Positions 25,915-35,489 of a stretch of 38,331 bases of DNA are shown piece by piece. The DNA lies in the NCBI GenBank assembly GCA_041671205.1, contig JBAZCD010000001.1, positions 1-38,331 of the forward strand, given 5' to 3'. How positions within the stretch are numbered: the first letter of the stretch is position 1; each line of letters begins with the position of its first letter. Below the pieces are notes generated by a model. That model had not been told where the DNA came from. It saw only the letters and a list, made by a program, of their open reading frames with translations, and did not search any database. The translations under genes and the position numbers were made by a program. This stretch comes from Pedobacter sp. (GTDB lineage: Bacteria; Bacteroidota; Bacteroidia; Sphingobacteriales; Sphingobacteriaceae).

Positions 25915-26129
25915 AAATCAAAGCATTCCGAAAACTAGTAAGTCGAGAGCAAGCTTATCAAATCATTATCAACGACAAAATTAGCGACATTTGCCACGCT
26001 CGCAATACAGATACGCTCGAAGAGTTGCTTATGTTTGGCTGGGTTTCTTTGGAAAAGTGGTCGGACAAAGAACTCGAGGAATACATAACTGAGTTACTTA
26101 TTGAAAACCAACCTAACGGGAAAATATGA
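25911..26129 (+). CDS. Hypothetical acidic protein
   Basis: ATGA-coupled on both sides. Confidence 0.7.
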   Translation: MKIKAFRKLVSREQAYQIIINDKISDICHARNTDTLEELLMFGWVSLEKWSDKELEEYITELLIENQPNGKI

Positions 26130-26422
26130 AAGCCATATTAAGCGAAGTCCAAATAACACCCATTAAAGCCCAAGACGGCTTAGTAGGTTTTGCGAGCTTC
26201 GTTTATAACAACAGCTTTTATTTTGGGTCAATCGGTATCTATACCAGACCGCAAGGTGGGTATCGATTGACCTACCCCACTCGGAAGGGCGCGAACGGTA
26301 ATTTTAATATCTTTCATCCGATTAATCGAGAAGTGGCAGAAGAAATTGAAAAAGTAATTATTTCCAAGTTTGAAGATGTAACGAAAATGTATGTTGGACA
26401 CAATAGTATTAACACTAAGTAA
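26126..26422 (+). CDS. SpoVG-like nucleic-acid-binding protein
   Basis: SEVQI.P....GLVGFAS......F....I...YP.RK......IFHPINRE....IE. Confidence 0.8.
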   Translation: MKAILSEVQITPIKAQDGLVGFASFVYNNSFYFGSIGIYTRPQGGYRLTYPTRKGANGNFNIFHPINREVAEEIEKVIISKFEDVTKMYVGHNSINTK

Positions 26423-27554
26423 AAGTATGTTTGTAATTTACGAACCAGATAGGTTTGAACCATCGGCAAAGCTCATTTTGGACGAGAAGTCGTCTTTGGG
26501 TGGTCGTGGGTATACACCAGCTAAACAGAACCCCACTAGCCGAGAATTAAAGAACGGTTACTACAAGCCACGACTTACTCTCACAAACCGTTACAATCAC
26601 ACAGGGAGACGAGAAGCCAGCTTAAAAATCGAGCTCTCTTTACCCAAACTTCTTTTTGGAAATAACTTTGATGAACTAACCCAAAACGACTTTACGCCAG
26701 TTGTCACACTCTTGAAATCAAGGCTAAGAGAAATGGGTGTGTTGGTTTTTACCCAAGTTTTAGAAAATGCCCCTGTTTCAGCCATTCACTATTCAAAAAA
26801 TATCCCACTTACGGATGGAACAACTCCTCATTACCTCATAAGCAAAATTAAAGAGGCTAATATCTCGCTTGCACTTGATGTAAACCAAACCGATTACCGC
26901 AACGACGGTCATAGCTATAAATGGCACAGCAATTCGTATGAAGTAGCTTTTTATGACAAGCTCAAAGACCTTGAAATGGCTAACAAAAGCGAGAAACGGG
27001 CAATAGAGAACGATAACGCCCTACAGCTCAATCTTTTTGGAACATTCAAAGAAAGAAAACGGATAGAGGTAATGCGAATGGAAATAAGACTAAACAAACG
27101 CCAGAAAATAGGACAACTTTTTCGTACACTTGGTATCCAATCTGAATTGACCCTAAAAAACCTTTTTAACCCTATAATCGCTCAACAGGTGTTACTTCAT
27201 TACCTAGACGAAATTGAAAGTAAACGGCTACCCCTATTCGATTACAAACCGACGAGCCCTAAGTCATTATTGGCTGACCTCGTAATCAATAACCCAAATA
27301 TAGGAATACGCAAAACAATGCAACTCTATGGTTTAAGACAAGTTTTTAACGATACAACCCCTCGTGAACTAAGAAATATGTTCAGCAAGTATGGTCAACG
27401 AAGCTGGTATAGGCTTATTGCAGAAGCAAAAACAGTAAGGCTACCAGCTACAAAAAGCCCTCTCGGGATAGTCCGTGAACATTTGACACGCTTTGAACCA
27501 TTAAAACTAGTTGATTTTCAAGGTACAATGTTAAATAATGATAAATATAACTAA
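26391..27554 (+). CDS. Rolling-circle replication initiator/relaxase-like protein (Rep_trans, gene II/X type)
   Basis: MLDTI...IELSLPKLLFGNN...VSAIHYSKN...AFYDK...MRMEIRL. Confidence 0.75.
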   Translation: MLDTIVLTLSKSMFVIYEPDRFEPSAKLILDEKSSLGGRGYTPAKQNPTSRELKNGYYKPRLTLTNRYNHTGRREASLKIELSLPKLLFGNNFDELTQNDFTPVVTLLKSRLREMGVLVFTQVLENAPVSAIHYSKNIPLTDGTTPHYLISKIKEANISLALDVNQTDYRNDGHSYKWHSNSYEVAFYDKLKDLEMANKSEKRAIENDNALQLNLFGTFKERKRIEVMRMEIRLNKRQKIGQLFRTLGIQSELTLKNLFNPIIAQQVLLHYLDEIESKRLPLFDYKPTSPKSLLADLVINNPNIGIRKTMQLYGLRQVFNDTTPRELRNMFSKYGQRSWYRLIAEAKTVRLPATKSPLGIVREHLTRFEPLKLVDFQGTMLNNDKYN

Positions 27555-27555
27555 T

Positions 27556-27729
27556 ATGACACAAGAGCAGTATTACTCTATCGAAGAAGTCGCCAAAACA
27601 TTAAAGGTTGCCTATCTGACTGTTTACCGATGGATACAAGCTAAACGCCTCGTAGCCCTGAAGGCTGGCAAGCAATACCGAATAAAAAAAGCAGATTTAG
27701 ATACCTTTTTAAGGGTTCACAAAAAGTAA
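27556..27729 (+). CDS. Excisionase-like HTH (HTH_17)
   Basis: YYSIEEVAKTLKVAYLTVYRWIQAKRLVALKAGKQYRI. Confidence 0.88.
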   Translation: MTQEQYYSIEEVAKTLKVAYLTVYRWIQAKRLVALKAGKQYRIKKADLDTFLRVHKK

Positions 27730-30700
27730 TGAATATGAAAAACCAAGAGCCAAAAGAAAAAAATGGTTTGAACTTCATAAAAGAAATTGCTAAATACTTT
27801 ATGGATTTCCTAGAAACGGATTTCCATAAGCATCGACTTCCGCGTCGAGCTATCAAGTTTAGGAACAATGATAATTTACTTATCGGATTAAATCTTCAAA
27901 AGTACCCTTCATTCAGCAACTTGGCATCAAAACTCATCAGTAAAGGCTTTGAAAAAGATATTTTGAGTAAAGTCGGAAAAGGAGTCTATAAAACAAATCT
28001 TCCCAAGAACTTACTCGATTTAATCAAGCTCCAAGTAGGCAAGATAAGCAATGCAGAAATTAACGCCATTACTGAAAAGGTCGCCAGTGAAATAGAAAAA
28101 GCGGGCACTTTATACGCAAAAGAATACGATGTAGCACTTACTAACTCGGTAGAAGAAGCCACAAAAATTATACGCAGCGAACTCGTTCACCCGTTTGTAG
28201 AAAGCATCGAAAAACCCCTACAAAATCTTAATCTCGGCGACGAAGATAACGTATACCTGATTGAAGAAGAGCTAACATCGGTAATCCTTCGTTTGTTAGA
28301 GAACAAGATTTCAGAAGTATTAAATCTCATCATAGCTCAGGAAAAAGTTAACCTTACTAAAGAGCTCAAGTCGGTCTTTATACCACAGGATGTGAAGGGC
28401 AATCTCGCCTCGTTTTTTGAAAACCTCCAAGTGGCTGACTTGTTTCTGGAATTATTTGAAATGGAGCGCAACAAAACTATTTTAGATAAGCAGGACTTTT
28501 ATCTTTATTTTGGTGATATATCTTTCAACAACAATAAATACCCGATTTTTTACATCCCCTTTGCTACAACAAGGGATGGAGATACTCTAAATATAGAGTT
28601 TGATTCACAGGTGTACATAAACAAAAAAGCGCTTGAGTTTATCGTACAAGAACACAATATACAAAAAGGGACAAAGGGCAGTTTACAGACAATATCAGAG
28701 CGCATTGTATATTTGTCTCAACATCAGGATGATTTCCCCCAAATCATCAATGGCATATTAAATGAACTCACTCATTTTTTTGAACTTGAAGGGACAGTTG
28801 GCTTCTCAAATGGTGAACCTACAATCGCTCGAGGTGCATCTGTACGGATTTCTAATAGTAGTTATATCTGCTTATTTGATAAGTCCGACGAGGCATTGGT
28901 TAATGACTACGAAGAAATTTTGCAACAATTAACTCAAGAGGGTGGTGACCTTGCTGAAATCTTCAATAAACTGATAGACGACTTTATTAGAAACAACCCA
29001 GAACCGTCTAACCCAGAAGTTGAGAGTGAATGGGACAACACTGAGACACCAGACAGGCTTGTATATCCAAGTCCAATCCCGCTTAATAGTGAACAGCGCC
29101 AAATCTTGTCTGCTATTCGTAAAGATGGTTGTAATTATCTGGTAGTTTCAGGACCACCAGGAACAGGAAAAAGTCATACCATCACCGCCATCATCTTCGA
29201 TGCAATCTTGAAAAATCAGTCGGTATTGGTACTTTCTGATAAAAAGGAGGCGTTGGATGTTGTCGAAGATAAGATTACACAGACAATGAATAAAGTTCGC
29301 TACGATAAGAACTTTCAAAATCCTATTTTAAGACTTGGCAAAACTGGCAATACTTATAATTCAATTCTCGCTCAAAGTGCTATTGAAGGTATTAAAACAC
29401 ATCATCGCGCTGTAAAAAAAGACTACGACTCGATAGAAGAAACTATTACAAAGTCTGGCAACTCTTTAAGAGAAGACATTGAAGCAGAGATTGTCGCCTA
29501 CAGTGATATTAACATCAAAGAAATTCACGAGTTTTTTGATTTAGAGCTTTACTTTAACGAAAAGGATTTAATCTTCGACCTTGACGAATTGGCACAACAA
29601 AATGAAGCAGCCATTGAACTTGGGGAATTACGAAGCTCTCTACAACAAATTAAGGGCACATTTACTTCTAATGAAACACTGAAGCTATTTGAGCTTCTTG
29701 CAGTAAATCCTAAGAGCATAAAAACTCTCGATGATTACGAAAGCCTTTTGCAGTTCTTGGTAATGGCGCTCGAAGGCGTGCAAAAAGTAAAAACGTCTTT
29801 CTCTAACAAAGTTACTACCATAAATAAATTTACACAACTTACTTCAAAAGACTTGCAGGAGCTAGAACACTTCATTCAAGAGTATTCAAAACTAAAGCTT
29901 TGGGCAATCGGTTATCTCTTCACCAAAAAACAGGCAGAAGAATTAGATGTCAGTTTCAAGAAAAAACTTATCCATACCACATTCTCCAATCCTCACGACC
30001 AGCTCCAAGAACTCAAAGACGTATACGAAGTGTTTAGTTTTGCTCAAAAACTTGGCGACGAGATAAACGAAAAAAGTAAAAGGGCTTTTGACTACATTAC
30101 GCTTGCTCACAAGCTTCTTACCGATGAAACGCTAACACAAACAGTCGAGACACTCATCGCTTTGAACGGAGACGTCGAGTATCTCAAGGAGATTATTGGG
30201 AAATACCCGAAGACAGCTGGAAAGATTGGTATCAACATCGACCAATTCGCCACAATAATAAGCAACCGAGTTATAGATACTGTTGAATTAGAGTTTGATA
30301 AGCAAATAAGGTATTTGAACTTAGACCAAAAAGTAAGCAGAGATTTTTCAAATATCCACGAGTTAAATTATGCAGCTCGTATGAAGCAGATAGAAGATTT
30401 AGTTACTACTCAAGCAACATATCTTCTTGACGGTCGGTTAATAGATTTCTACGAACATAATCGTAGTGATGCCCAAACGTTGCGGAACATCATTAAAAAT
30501 AAACAAAGATTTCCAAGAGACGAGTTTAAGAAGCTGAAGGAAGCGTTTCCGTGTATTTTGGCAGGCATTCGAGATTACGCAGAGTATATCCCATTAGAGC
30601 CAGAACTATTTGATTTAGTAGTGATTGATGAAGCATCACAAGTAAGCATAGCGCAAGCTTTTCCTGCTCTCTTGCGGGCAAAAAAGGTGTTAATTCTTGG

Positions 30701-32288
30701 AGATAAAAAACAGTTTAGCAACATTAAAGCAGCGCAAGCACGCGGTGATACCAACCGTGAATACCTCAATGGATTGAATGCTAGTTTTAGGGCTAACATT
30801 TCCACGGATGCAATAAAGCTAGAGAGACTTCATAAGTTCAACATTAAAACATCTATTCTCGAATTCTTTGAGTTCATCAGTAACTACAATATCCAGTTAC
30901 TAAAGCATTTTAGAGGCTATAAGGAAATCATTTCATATTCAAATAAATACTTCTACCAAGATAGTTTGCAGGTAATGAAAATTCGCGGAAAGTCCATAGA
31001 CGAAGTTATTAAATTCTCATATGTTAAAACCACTTCAGCCGATGAACTTTATCCGAATACCAATGTTAAGGAAGTTGAATTTATTATCTCAGAACTTAAA
31101 CGATTAAAGGATGAAGATAAAGCAATAAGTGTTGGCATCATTACACCACACACAAACCAACAGAAGTTATTGGTAGAAATGATAGGAAAAATGCCAGAGT
31201 GGGATTATTTCCAAGATAAATTACAACTCAAGATAATGACATTCGATACGTGTCAAGGTGAAGAGCGCGACACCATCTACTACTCAATGGTAGCGTCCCC
31301 TGACAGCGACAAACTTTGGGGCGTGTTCATTAAAGACTTGAGCAATGTTGACATTGAAGAGGATGGACAGATAAAAGCACAACGTTTGAATGTGGGATTT
31401 AGCCGTGCCAAAGAGTGCGTTCATTTCGTGTTGAGTAAGCCCCTTGAGGATTTTGCAGGCTCTGCTGGAGAGGCGTTGAGACATTACAAATATATGTTAG
31501 GTGAAGCTAGAAAAGAACACGACGTTTCAGAGGTTGATGAAAAGTCCAAGATGGAACCAGAAGTTCTGAATTGGTTTTATCAAACTAAATTCTGGAAAGA
31601 GCATAAAGACTCTATTGAATTTATGCCTCAGTTTGAAATAGGAAAATATCTCAAACAGTTAGACCGAACATATACCCATCCAGCCTACAAGGTTGATTTT
31701 CTTCTCATATATACCGACGAACGACACAAAGAACACAAAATCATTATCGAATATGATGGTTTTAGAGAACACTTCAAAGAGGTAGATGAAGTAAATGAGT
31801 TCAACTATAAGAATTATTATTCTGACGATGACGTATATCGTCAGAAAGTATTAGAAAGCTATGGCTATAAGTTTTTACGAATTAATAAGTTCAATAGCGG
31901 AAAAAATCCGATAGCTAGTATTGACGATAGAATTGGAAACTTACTAAAAAAACCAGAAAGCGCTAATTCTCTTCTCGAAAACATACACGGCACGATTGAG
32001 GGTCTGCAAAACGGCGAAATGAAAGAATGTCCGAAATGCAAAGAAGTAAGAGAGTACAAAGATTTTAGAGACCCAGATTTAATTACTGGATATGGGCGAT
32101 TTTGTTGCCATTGCAAGGGCTATACGTTGGTTGAAAAGCCTGCGAGTAATAATACTCAAGAAAGCCCCGCTTTGAATGATAAGAACTGTCCACGATGTAG
32201 CTCCCCTATGGTTTTAAGAAATGGTCGTAGGGGTAAGTTTTATGGTTGTTCAAAGTTTCCCTACTGTAAAGGAACAAGAAATTACTAA
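27729..32288 (+). CDS. SF1 (UPF1/DNA2-like) helicase with C-terminal Vsr/REase-like nuclease and Zn ribbons; probable anti-phage protein
   Basis: LNSEQ, GPPGTGKS, IDEASQ, GDKKQ, HFR, TPHTNQ, QGEERD, RLNVGFSRAK; YKVDF...IEYDG; CPRC..PMVLR.GR.GKFYGCS.FP.C topoisomerase-type Zn finger. Confidence 0.9.
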   Translation: MNMKNQEPKEKNGLNFIKEIAKYFMDFLETDFHKHRLPRRAIKFRNNDNLLIGLNLQKYPSFSNLASKLISKGFEKDILSKVGKGVYKTNLPKNLLDLIKLQVGKISNAEINAITEKVASEIEKAGTLYAKEYDVALTNSVEEATKIIRSELVHPFVESIEKPLQNLNLGDEDNVYLIEEELTSVILRLLENKISEVLNLIIAQEKVNLTKELKSVFIPQDVKGNLASFFENLQVADLFLELFEMERNKTILDKQDFYLYFGDISFNNNKYPIFYIPFATTRDGDTLNIEFDSQVYINKKALEFIVQEHNIQKGTKGSLQTISERIVYLSQHQDDFPQIINGILNELTHFFELEGTVGFSNGEPTIARGASVRISNSSYICLFDKSDEALVNDYEEILQQLTQEGGDLAEIFNKLIDDFIRNNPEPSNPEVESEWDNTETPDRLVYPSPIPLNSEQRQILSAIRKDGCNYLVVSGPPGTGKSHTITAIIFDAILKNQSVLVLSDKKEALDVVEDKITQTMNKVRYDKNFQNPILRLGKTGNTYNSILAQSAIEGIKTHHRAVKKDYDSIEETITKSGNSLREDIEAEIVAYSDINIKEIHEFFDLELYFNEKDLIFDLDELAQQNEAAIELGELRSSLQQIKGTFTSNETLKLFELLAVNPKSIKTLDDYESLLQFLVMALEGVQKVKTSFSNKVTTINKFTQLTSKDLQELEHFIQEYSKLKLWAIGYLFTKKQAEELDVSFKKKLIHTTFSNPHDQLQELKDVYEVFSFAQKLGDEINEKSKRAFDYITLAHKLLTDETLTQTVETLIALNGDVEYLKEIIGKYPKTAGKIGINIDQFATIISNRVIDTVELEFDKQIRYLNLDQKVSRDFSNIHELNYAARMKQIEDLVTTQATYLLDGRLIDFYEHNRSDAQTLRNIIKNKQRFPRDEFKKLKEAFPCILAGIRDYAEYIPLEPELFDLVVIDEASQVSIAQAFPALLRAKKVLILGDKKQFSNIKAAQARGDTNREYLNGLNASFRANISTDAIKLERLHKFNIKTSILEFFEFISNYNIQLLKHFRGYKEIISYSNKYFYQDSLQVMKIRGKSIDEVIKFSYVKTTSADELYPNTNVKEVEFIISELKRLKDEDKAISVGIITPHTNQQKLLVEMIGKMPEWDYFQDKLQLKIMTFDTCQGEERDTIYYSMVASPDSDKLWGVFIKDLSNVDIEEDGQIKAQRLNVGFSRAKECVHFVLSKPLEDFAGSAGEALRHYKYMLGEARKEHDVSEVDEKSKMEPEVLNWFYQTKFWKEHKDSIEFMPQFEIGKYLKQLDRTYTHPAYKVDFLLIYTDERHKEHKIIIEYDGFREHFKEVDEVNEFNYKNYYSDDDVYRQKVLESYGYKFLRINKFNSGKNPIASIDDRIGNLLKKPESANSLLENIHGTIEGLQNGEMKECPKCKEVREYKDFRDPDLITGYGRFCCHCKGYTLVEKPASNNTQESPALNDKNCPRCSSPMVLRNGRRGKFYGCSKFPYCKGTRNY

Positions 32289-32290
32289 TA

Positions 32291-33790
32291 ATGAAAGCAA
32301 TAATCTTAGCTAGAGTATCAGATAAAAAGAAACAGGACTCAAATGAGGCTCAGGTTCTTCGTGTATCTGATTACATAAAACATAAAGATTTAACGGTATG
32401 GAAAACTTACGAGATAGAAGAGTCCTCGACTAAGGGCGACAGAGAGAAATTCCAAATGGTTGTAGCAGAAATTGAGCAATCAAGCGAACCTATCGCTCTT
32501 GTTGTCGATACAGTTGATAGGCTTCAAAGAAGTTTCAAGGAGTCCGTACAGTTGGACGACCTACGAAAAGCTGGAAAACTCGAAATACATTTTTACAGGG
32601 AAAGTCTGGTAATCAACCAAAATTCAAATAGCTCAGACTTATTACGTTGGGATATGGCGGTAATGTTCGCTAGAAGCTACGTTCTTCAACTAAGTGATAA
32701 CGTCAAAAGGAAACAAGAACAAATGTTAAGAAGTGGTATATACCCAAGCCGACCACCTTGCGGTTATAAGCGAGTGCCTATTGCCAAGGATAAAACAGAA
32801 ATAGTTATTGATGACTATGCGTCAAAAATAGTTCAAAAAGCCTACGAATGGTACGCAACAAGTAGTTTCTCAATGGACTTGCTACGCAAAAAGCTAAAGG
32901 AAGAATACGGGGTCAACTGGTCAAAAGGCTTTACTGACAAGGTATTAAAAGACGATTTTTACTACGGTCTTATGACTTGGAACAAAGATAAGTCAAACGA
33001 AAAAACGTATCCGCACAATTACACACATATAATTGAGAAATCTTTATTTGACCAAGTACAGAAAATAAAGGCAGGCTTCAACAAAAAACCCTTTAAGTAT
33101 GCAGGCAAGTCATATATTTACCGAGGATTGCTACGATGCGGTCATTGTGGGCTAGCTGTAACCCCAGAGAAACACAAAGGACACGTTTACTACCATTGCA
33201 CCCAATACAATGGCAAACACGGGGCTGACTGGCTAAGAGAGGAAACTATAACCGAACAGATAGGCAATGTTTTTAAGAGGCTACAAGTCCCTGACTATAT
33301 TTTGGAACAAATAGTCAATGCTCTACAAATCAGCCACGAAGGTAAAACCGATTTTAGAGAGACACAATATAAGCAACTAACAGAAGAGCACGAGATATAC
33401 ACCAAACGCCTCGAAAAAATCTACATTGATAGATTAGACGGGCGTATTACTGACGATGAGTATGACAAGTTCTATCAGTCATTCCGTGAGAAAGTAGCTG
33501 AGATAGATACCCGACTTAGTATTCTTCAAGATGCTGACGACAACTACTACATCACGGCTAGATACCTGTTAGAGCTGGCAAATCGGGCTTATGAGCTTTT
33601 CAAAAGTTCAGAAGTTGAAGAAAGAAGGCAGTTAATCAAGCTCGTACTATCGAACCTTAGGGTAGAAGACAAATTAGTCCGATACGATGCGATAAAACCA
33701 TTCGACACAATCTTAAATTATGCCGAACGTCAAGCTTGGCTCCCCCGCGAGGATTCGAACCTCGAACCGACCGCTTACAGGGATCCCTAA
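32291..33790 (+). CDS. Large serine recombinase (element A integrase); C-terminus read from tRNA/intron antisense
   Basis: ILARVS, VDRLQR, PPCGY, FYYG, CGHCG...YYHC; ends WLPREDSNLEPTAYRDP. Confidence 0.95.
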   Translation: MKAIILARVSDKKKQDSNEAQVLRVSDYIKHKDLTVWKTYEIEESSTKGDREKFQMVVAEIEQSSEPIALVVDTVDRLQRSFKESVQLDDLRKAGKLEIHFYRESLVINQNSNSSDLLRWDMAVMFARSYVLQLSDNVKRKQEQMLRSGIYPSRPPCGYKRVPIAKDKTEIVIDDYASKIVQKAYEWYATSSFSMDLLRKKLKEEYGVNWSKGFTDKVLKDDFYYGLMTWNKDKSNEKTYPHNYTHIIEKSLFDQVQKIKAGFNKKPFKYAGKSYIYRGLLRCGHCGLAVTPEKHKGHVYYHCTQYNGKHGADWLREETITEQIGNVFKRLQVPDYILEQIVNALQISHEGKTDFRETQYKQLTEEHEIYTKRLEKIYIDRLDGRITDDEYDKFYQSFREKVAEIDTRLSILQDADDNYYITARYLLELANRAYELFKSSEVEERRQLIKLVLSNLRVEDKLVRYDAIKPFDTILNYAERQAWLPREDSNLEPTAYRDP

Positions 33791-34068
33791 TTTTCACTAG
33801 GGCCTGGACTATCTTATATCCCGCAGCTGCGGGACCCGGAGGCTTGACGGCAAGTCAAACTTGCCAAGGTGTACTCACCTAGTCTCTGCACCTTGAACGT
33901 ACAATCCGCCAGAGCGGATGTTACGTCCCTCGGCTCAGGGTTATCGTGTCCCGACGTAAAGTCGGGGTTTAGACTTCCTTGAATTCTTCCGGTTTTTCAA
34001 CTCCGATTACTCGGAGAAGCTGCGATTTTAGTTCACAGGCGGGCACTCTACCATTGAGTTACAGGGGA
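33737..34068 (-). tRNA. tRNA-Asn(GUU), intron-containing; exons 34035-34068 and 33737-33777
   Basis: Spliced sequence: TCCCCTG TA ACTC AATGGTA GAGT G CCCGC CTGT|TAA GCGGT CGGTT CGAGG TTCGAAT CCTCG CGGGGGA G CCA; full cloverleaf, anticodon GTT. Confidence 0.95.
33778..34034 (-). ncRNA. Group I self-splicing intron (257 nt) within the anticodon, position 35/36
   Basis: Exon ends in U and intron ends in G; P1 CTGT/GCAG with U-G pair; P AATTCAAGGAA, Q AACCCTGAGC, R GCAGAGACTA, S AAGATAGTCC; no ORF. Confidence 0.92.
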
Positions 34069-34213
34069 ACGTAAAATTTTTCGAAGAAAAATTAACGTTC
34101 CTGTTGGGACGCTTCGAAAAATTTTCGTAGTATAGATTTAAAAAGTGCTGGATAGAATTATAACATTGGATGGGCACGTTTTTAAGCTTGTGGCTTGATG
34201 TTAAAATACTCGG

Positions 34214-34699
34214 ATGAAGCTAATATTAGTCCGCCACGGGGAGTCGCAATTAAATGCCGGTAAGGTAAGCGAAAGAAACGACCTGACCGAAAGAGGCCGG
34301 GAACAGGCAAAAAAGGCGGCTAAATACCTGATGGACGAAAACATTGATCAGATTTTTTGCTCTAATACAGAAAGATGCATTCAAACACTGGACGAAATAC
34401 TTAAAAACCGGACGGAGGCAATGGGAATAAGCTTTAGCAAACTACTATCGCCCCGAAGGAAGGTGGAAAATCTGGAAGGGCTGAAACGCCGGATTTACCG
34501 GTTCATAGAAGATTTAAAAATCGAATTTGAGAGGGAAACGGTGGTAATTATTGCCCACCAGTGGTCTATTCGGATGATGATGTTCCTACTGACCGGAGAG
34601 AACGTTAACGTAGAAAACGGATCGGTGACGATATTGAATATTAACGGCGAAAACATCAGTAAGATCGTGGTAAATGAAACAGCTAGAGAACGGGATTGA
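34214..34699 (+). CDS. Histidine phosphatase family protein
   Basis: LILVRHGES, L...G..QA, RCIQT, IIAH. Confidence 0.88.
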   Translation: MKLILVRHGESQLNAGKVSERNDLTERGREQAKKAAKYLMDENIDQIFCSNTERCIQTLDEILKNRTEAMGISFSKLLSPRRKVENLEGLKRRIYRFIEDLKIEFERETVVIIAHQWSIRMMMFLLTGENVNVENGSVTILNINGENISKIVVNETARERD

Positions 34700-34710
34700 A
34701 ACAGAAAACG

Positions 34711-34751
34711 TGAATAAATCCTAATTTCTAAACTCTAAATCCTAAATAAAT
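34711..34751. repeat. Heptamer-periodic AT-rich repeat, copy 1
   Basis: 38/41 identical to 37046-37086; CTAAAT-type units at 7-nt spacing. Confidence 0.75.
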
Positions 34752-34993
34752 TCCGATTTTCTCGAACAAAGGTGGATCTCTCCAGAGGCGGGCAGGCAGC
34801 CTTTGGCTGAAATTATCAAATTTTCAAAACTTCATTAAGAAATCCCTCACCAACTCTCCCTTTGATGAAAGGGAGAGCACTAGTAAAAATTATTTAAAAA
34901 ATAATAAATAATAGGTTACTTAGGGGGCATAAGCTTTGGAGCCAGGGACAATTATTTTGCTTTTAAATAGGACCACTGATAATATGGATTAAT

Positions 34994-35395
34994 ATGACAT
35001 TCAAACTACCCAAAAGACTTGATGACCAAAAACAAATAGATATTTTTGAAAAATACCAGGCAAGCTTGCCGGAATTGGACAAAATTTACGGCGAGCACGT
35101 AGGGAATGAGATTGAAATTATGAGGTCGCCAGAAGGTGAGAATATCTTGGTTGCTTATTGGACGAACTTTTATGATGGGATTGTTCCGGAAACTGACGCA
35201 GTTTTAATTAATGTGGAAGTACACGGTAAAGAAGATGAGTTTGATACTTATGCAATCGATCACCAGGCCTTAATGACATTACTTAAAGACAATGTTGAAG
35301 TACTGACCACGTCAATGAACTTGTTTGTGATAAAAGGGGTAACTTCGGCAGAACTTAAAGAGAAAATCCTTCAGAATAGCCAAAAGTTTGAGTAA
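34994..35395 (+). CDS. Hypothetical protein
   Basis: 133-aa acidic ATG ORF. Confidence 0.7.
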   Translation: MTFKLPKRLDDQKQIDIFEKYQASLPELDKIYGEHVGNEIEIMRSPEGENILVAYWTNFYDGIVPETDAVLINVEVHGKEDEFDTYAIDHQALMTLLKDNVEVLTTSMNLFVIKGVTSAELKEKILQNSQKFE

Positions 35396-35489
35396 AAAAT
35401 AACAAAACGCTGTCGGTGTTGGTAAGCTTTCCTTACGTTTTTGGACTGGATGTTTGACATTGTGGACTGGTAATGTTATATTTTCTTAC

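Larger units (their letters stand above)
23739..33743. mobile_element. Element A: LSR-encoding integrative element adjacent to the tRNA
   Basis: GCTCC cores at 23739 and 33739; Rep, SpoVG-like, Xis-like, helicase and LSR genes. Confidence 0.85.

Noticed and set aside
33700-33765. Exact crossover dinucleotide and attP arm symmetry
   Set aside because: Only weak, inconsistent inverted repeats are visible by eye; the crossover can be placed only within GCTCC.
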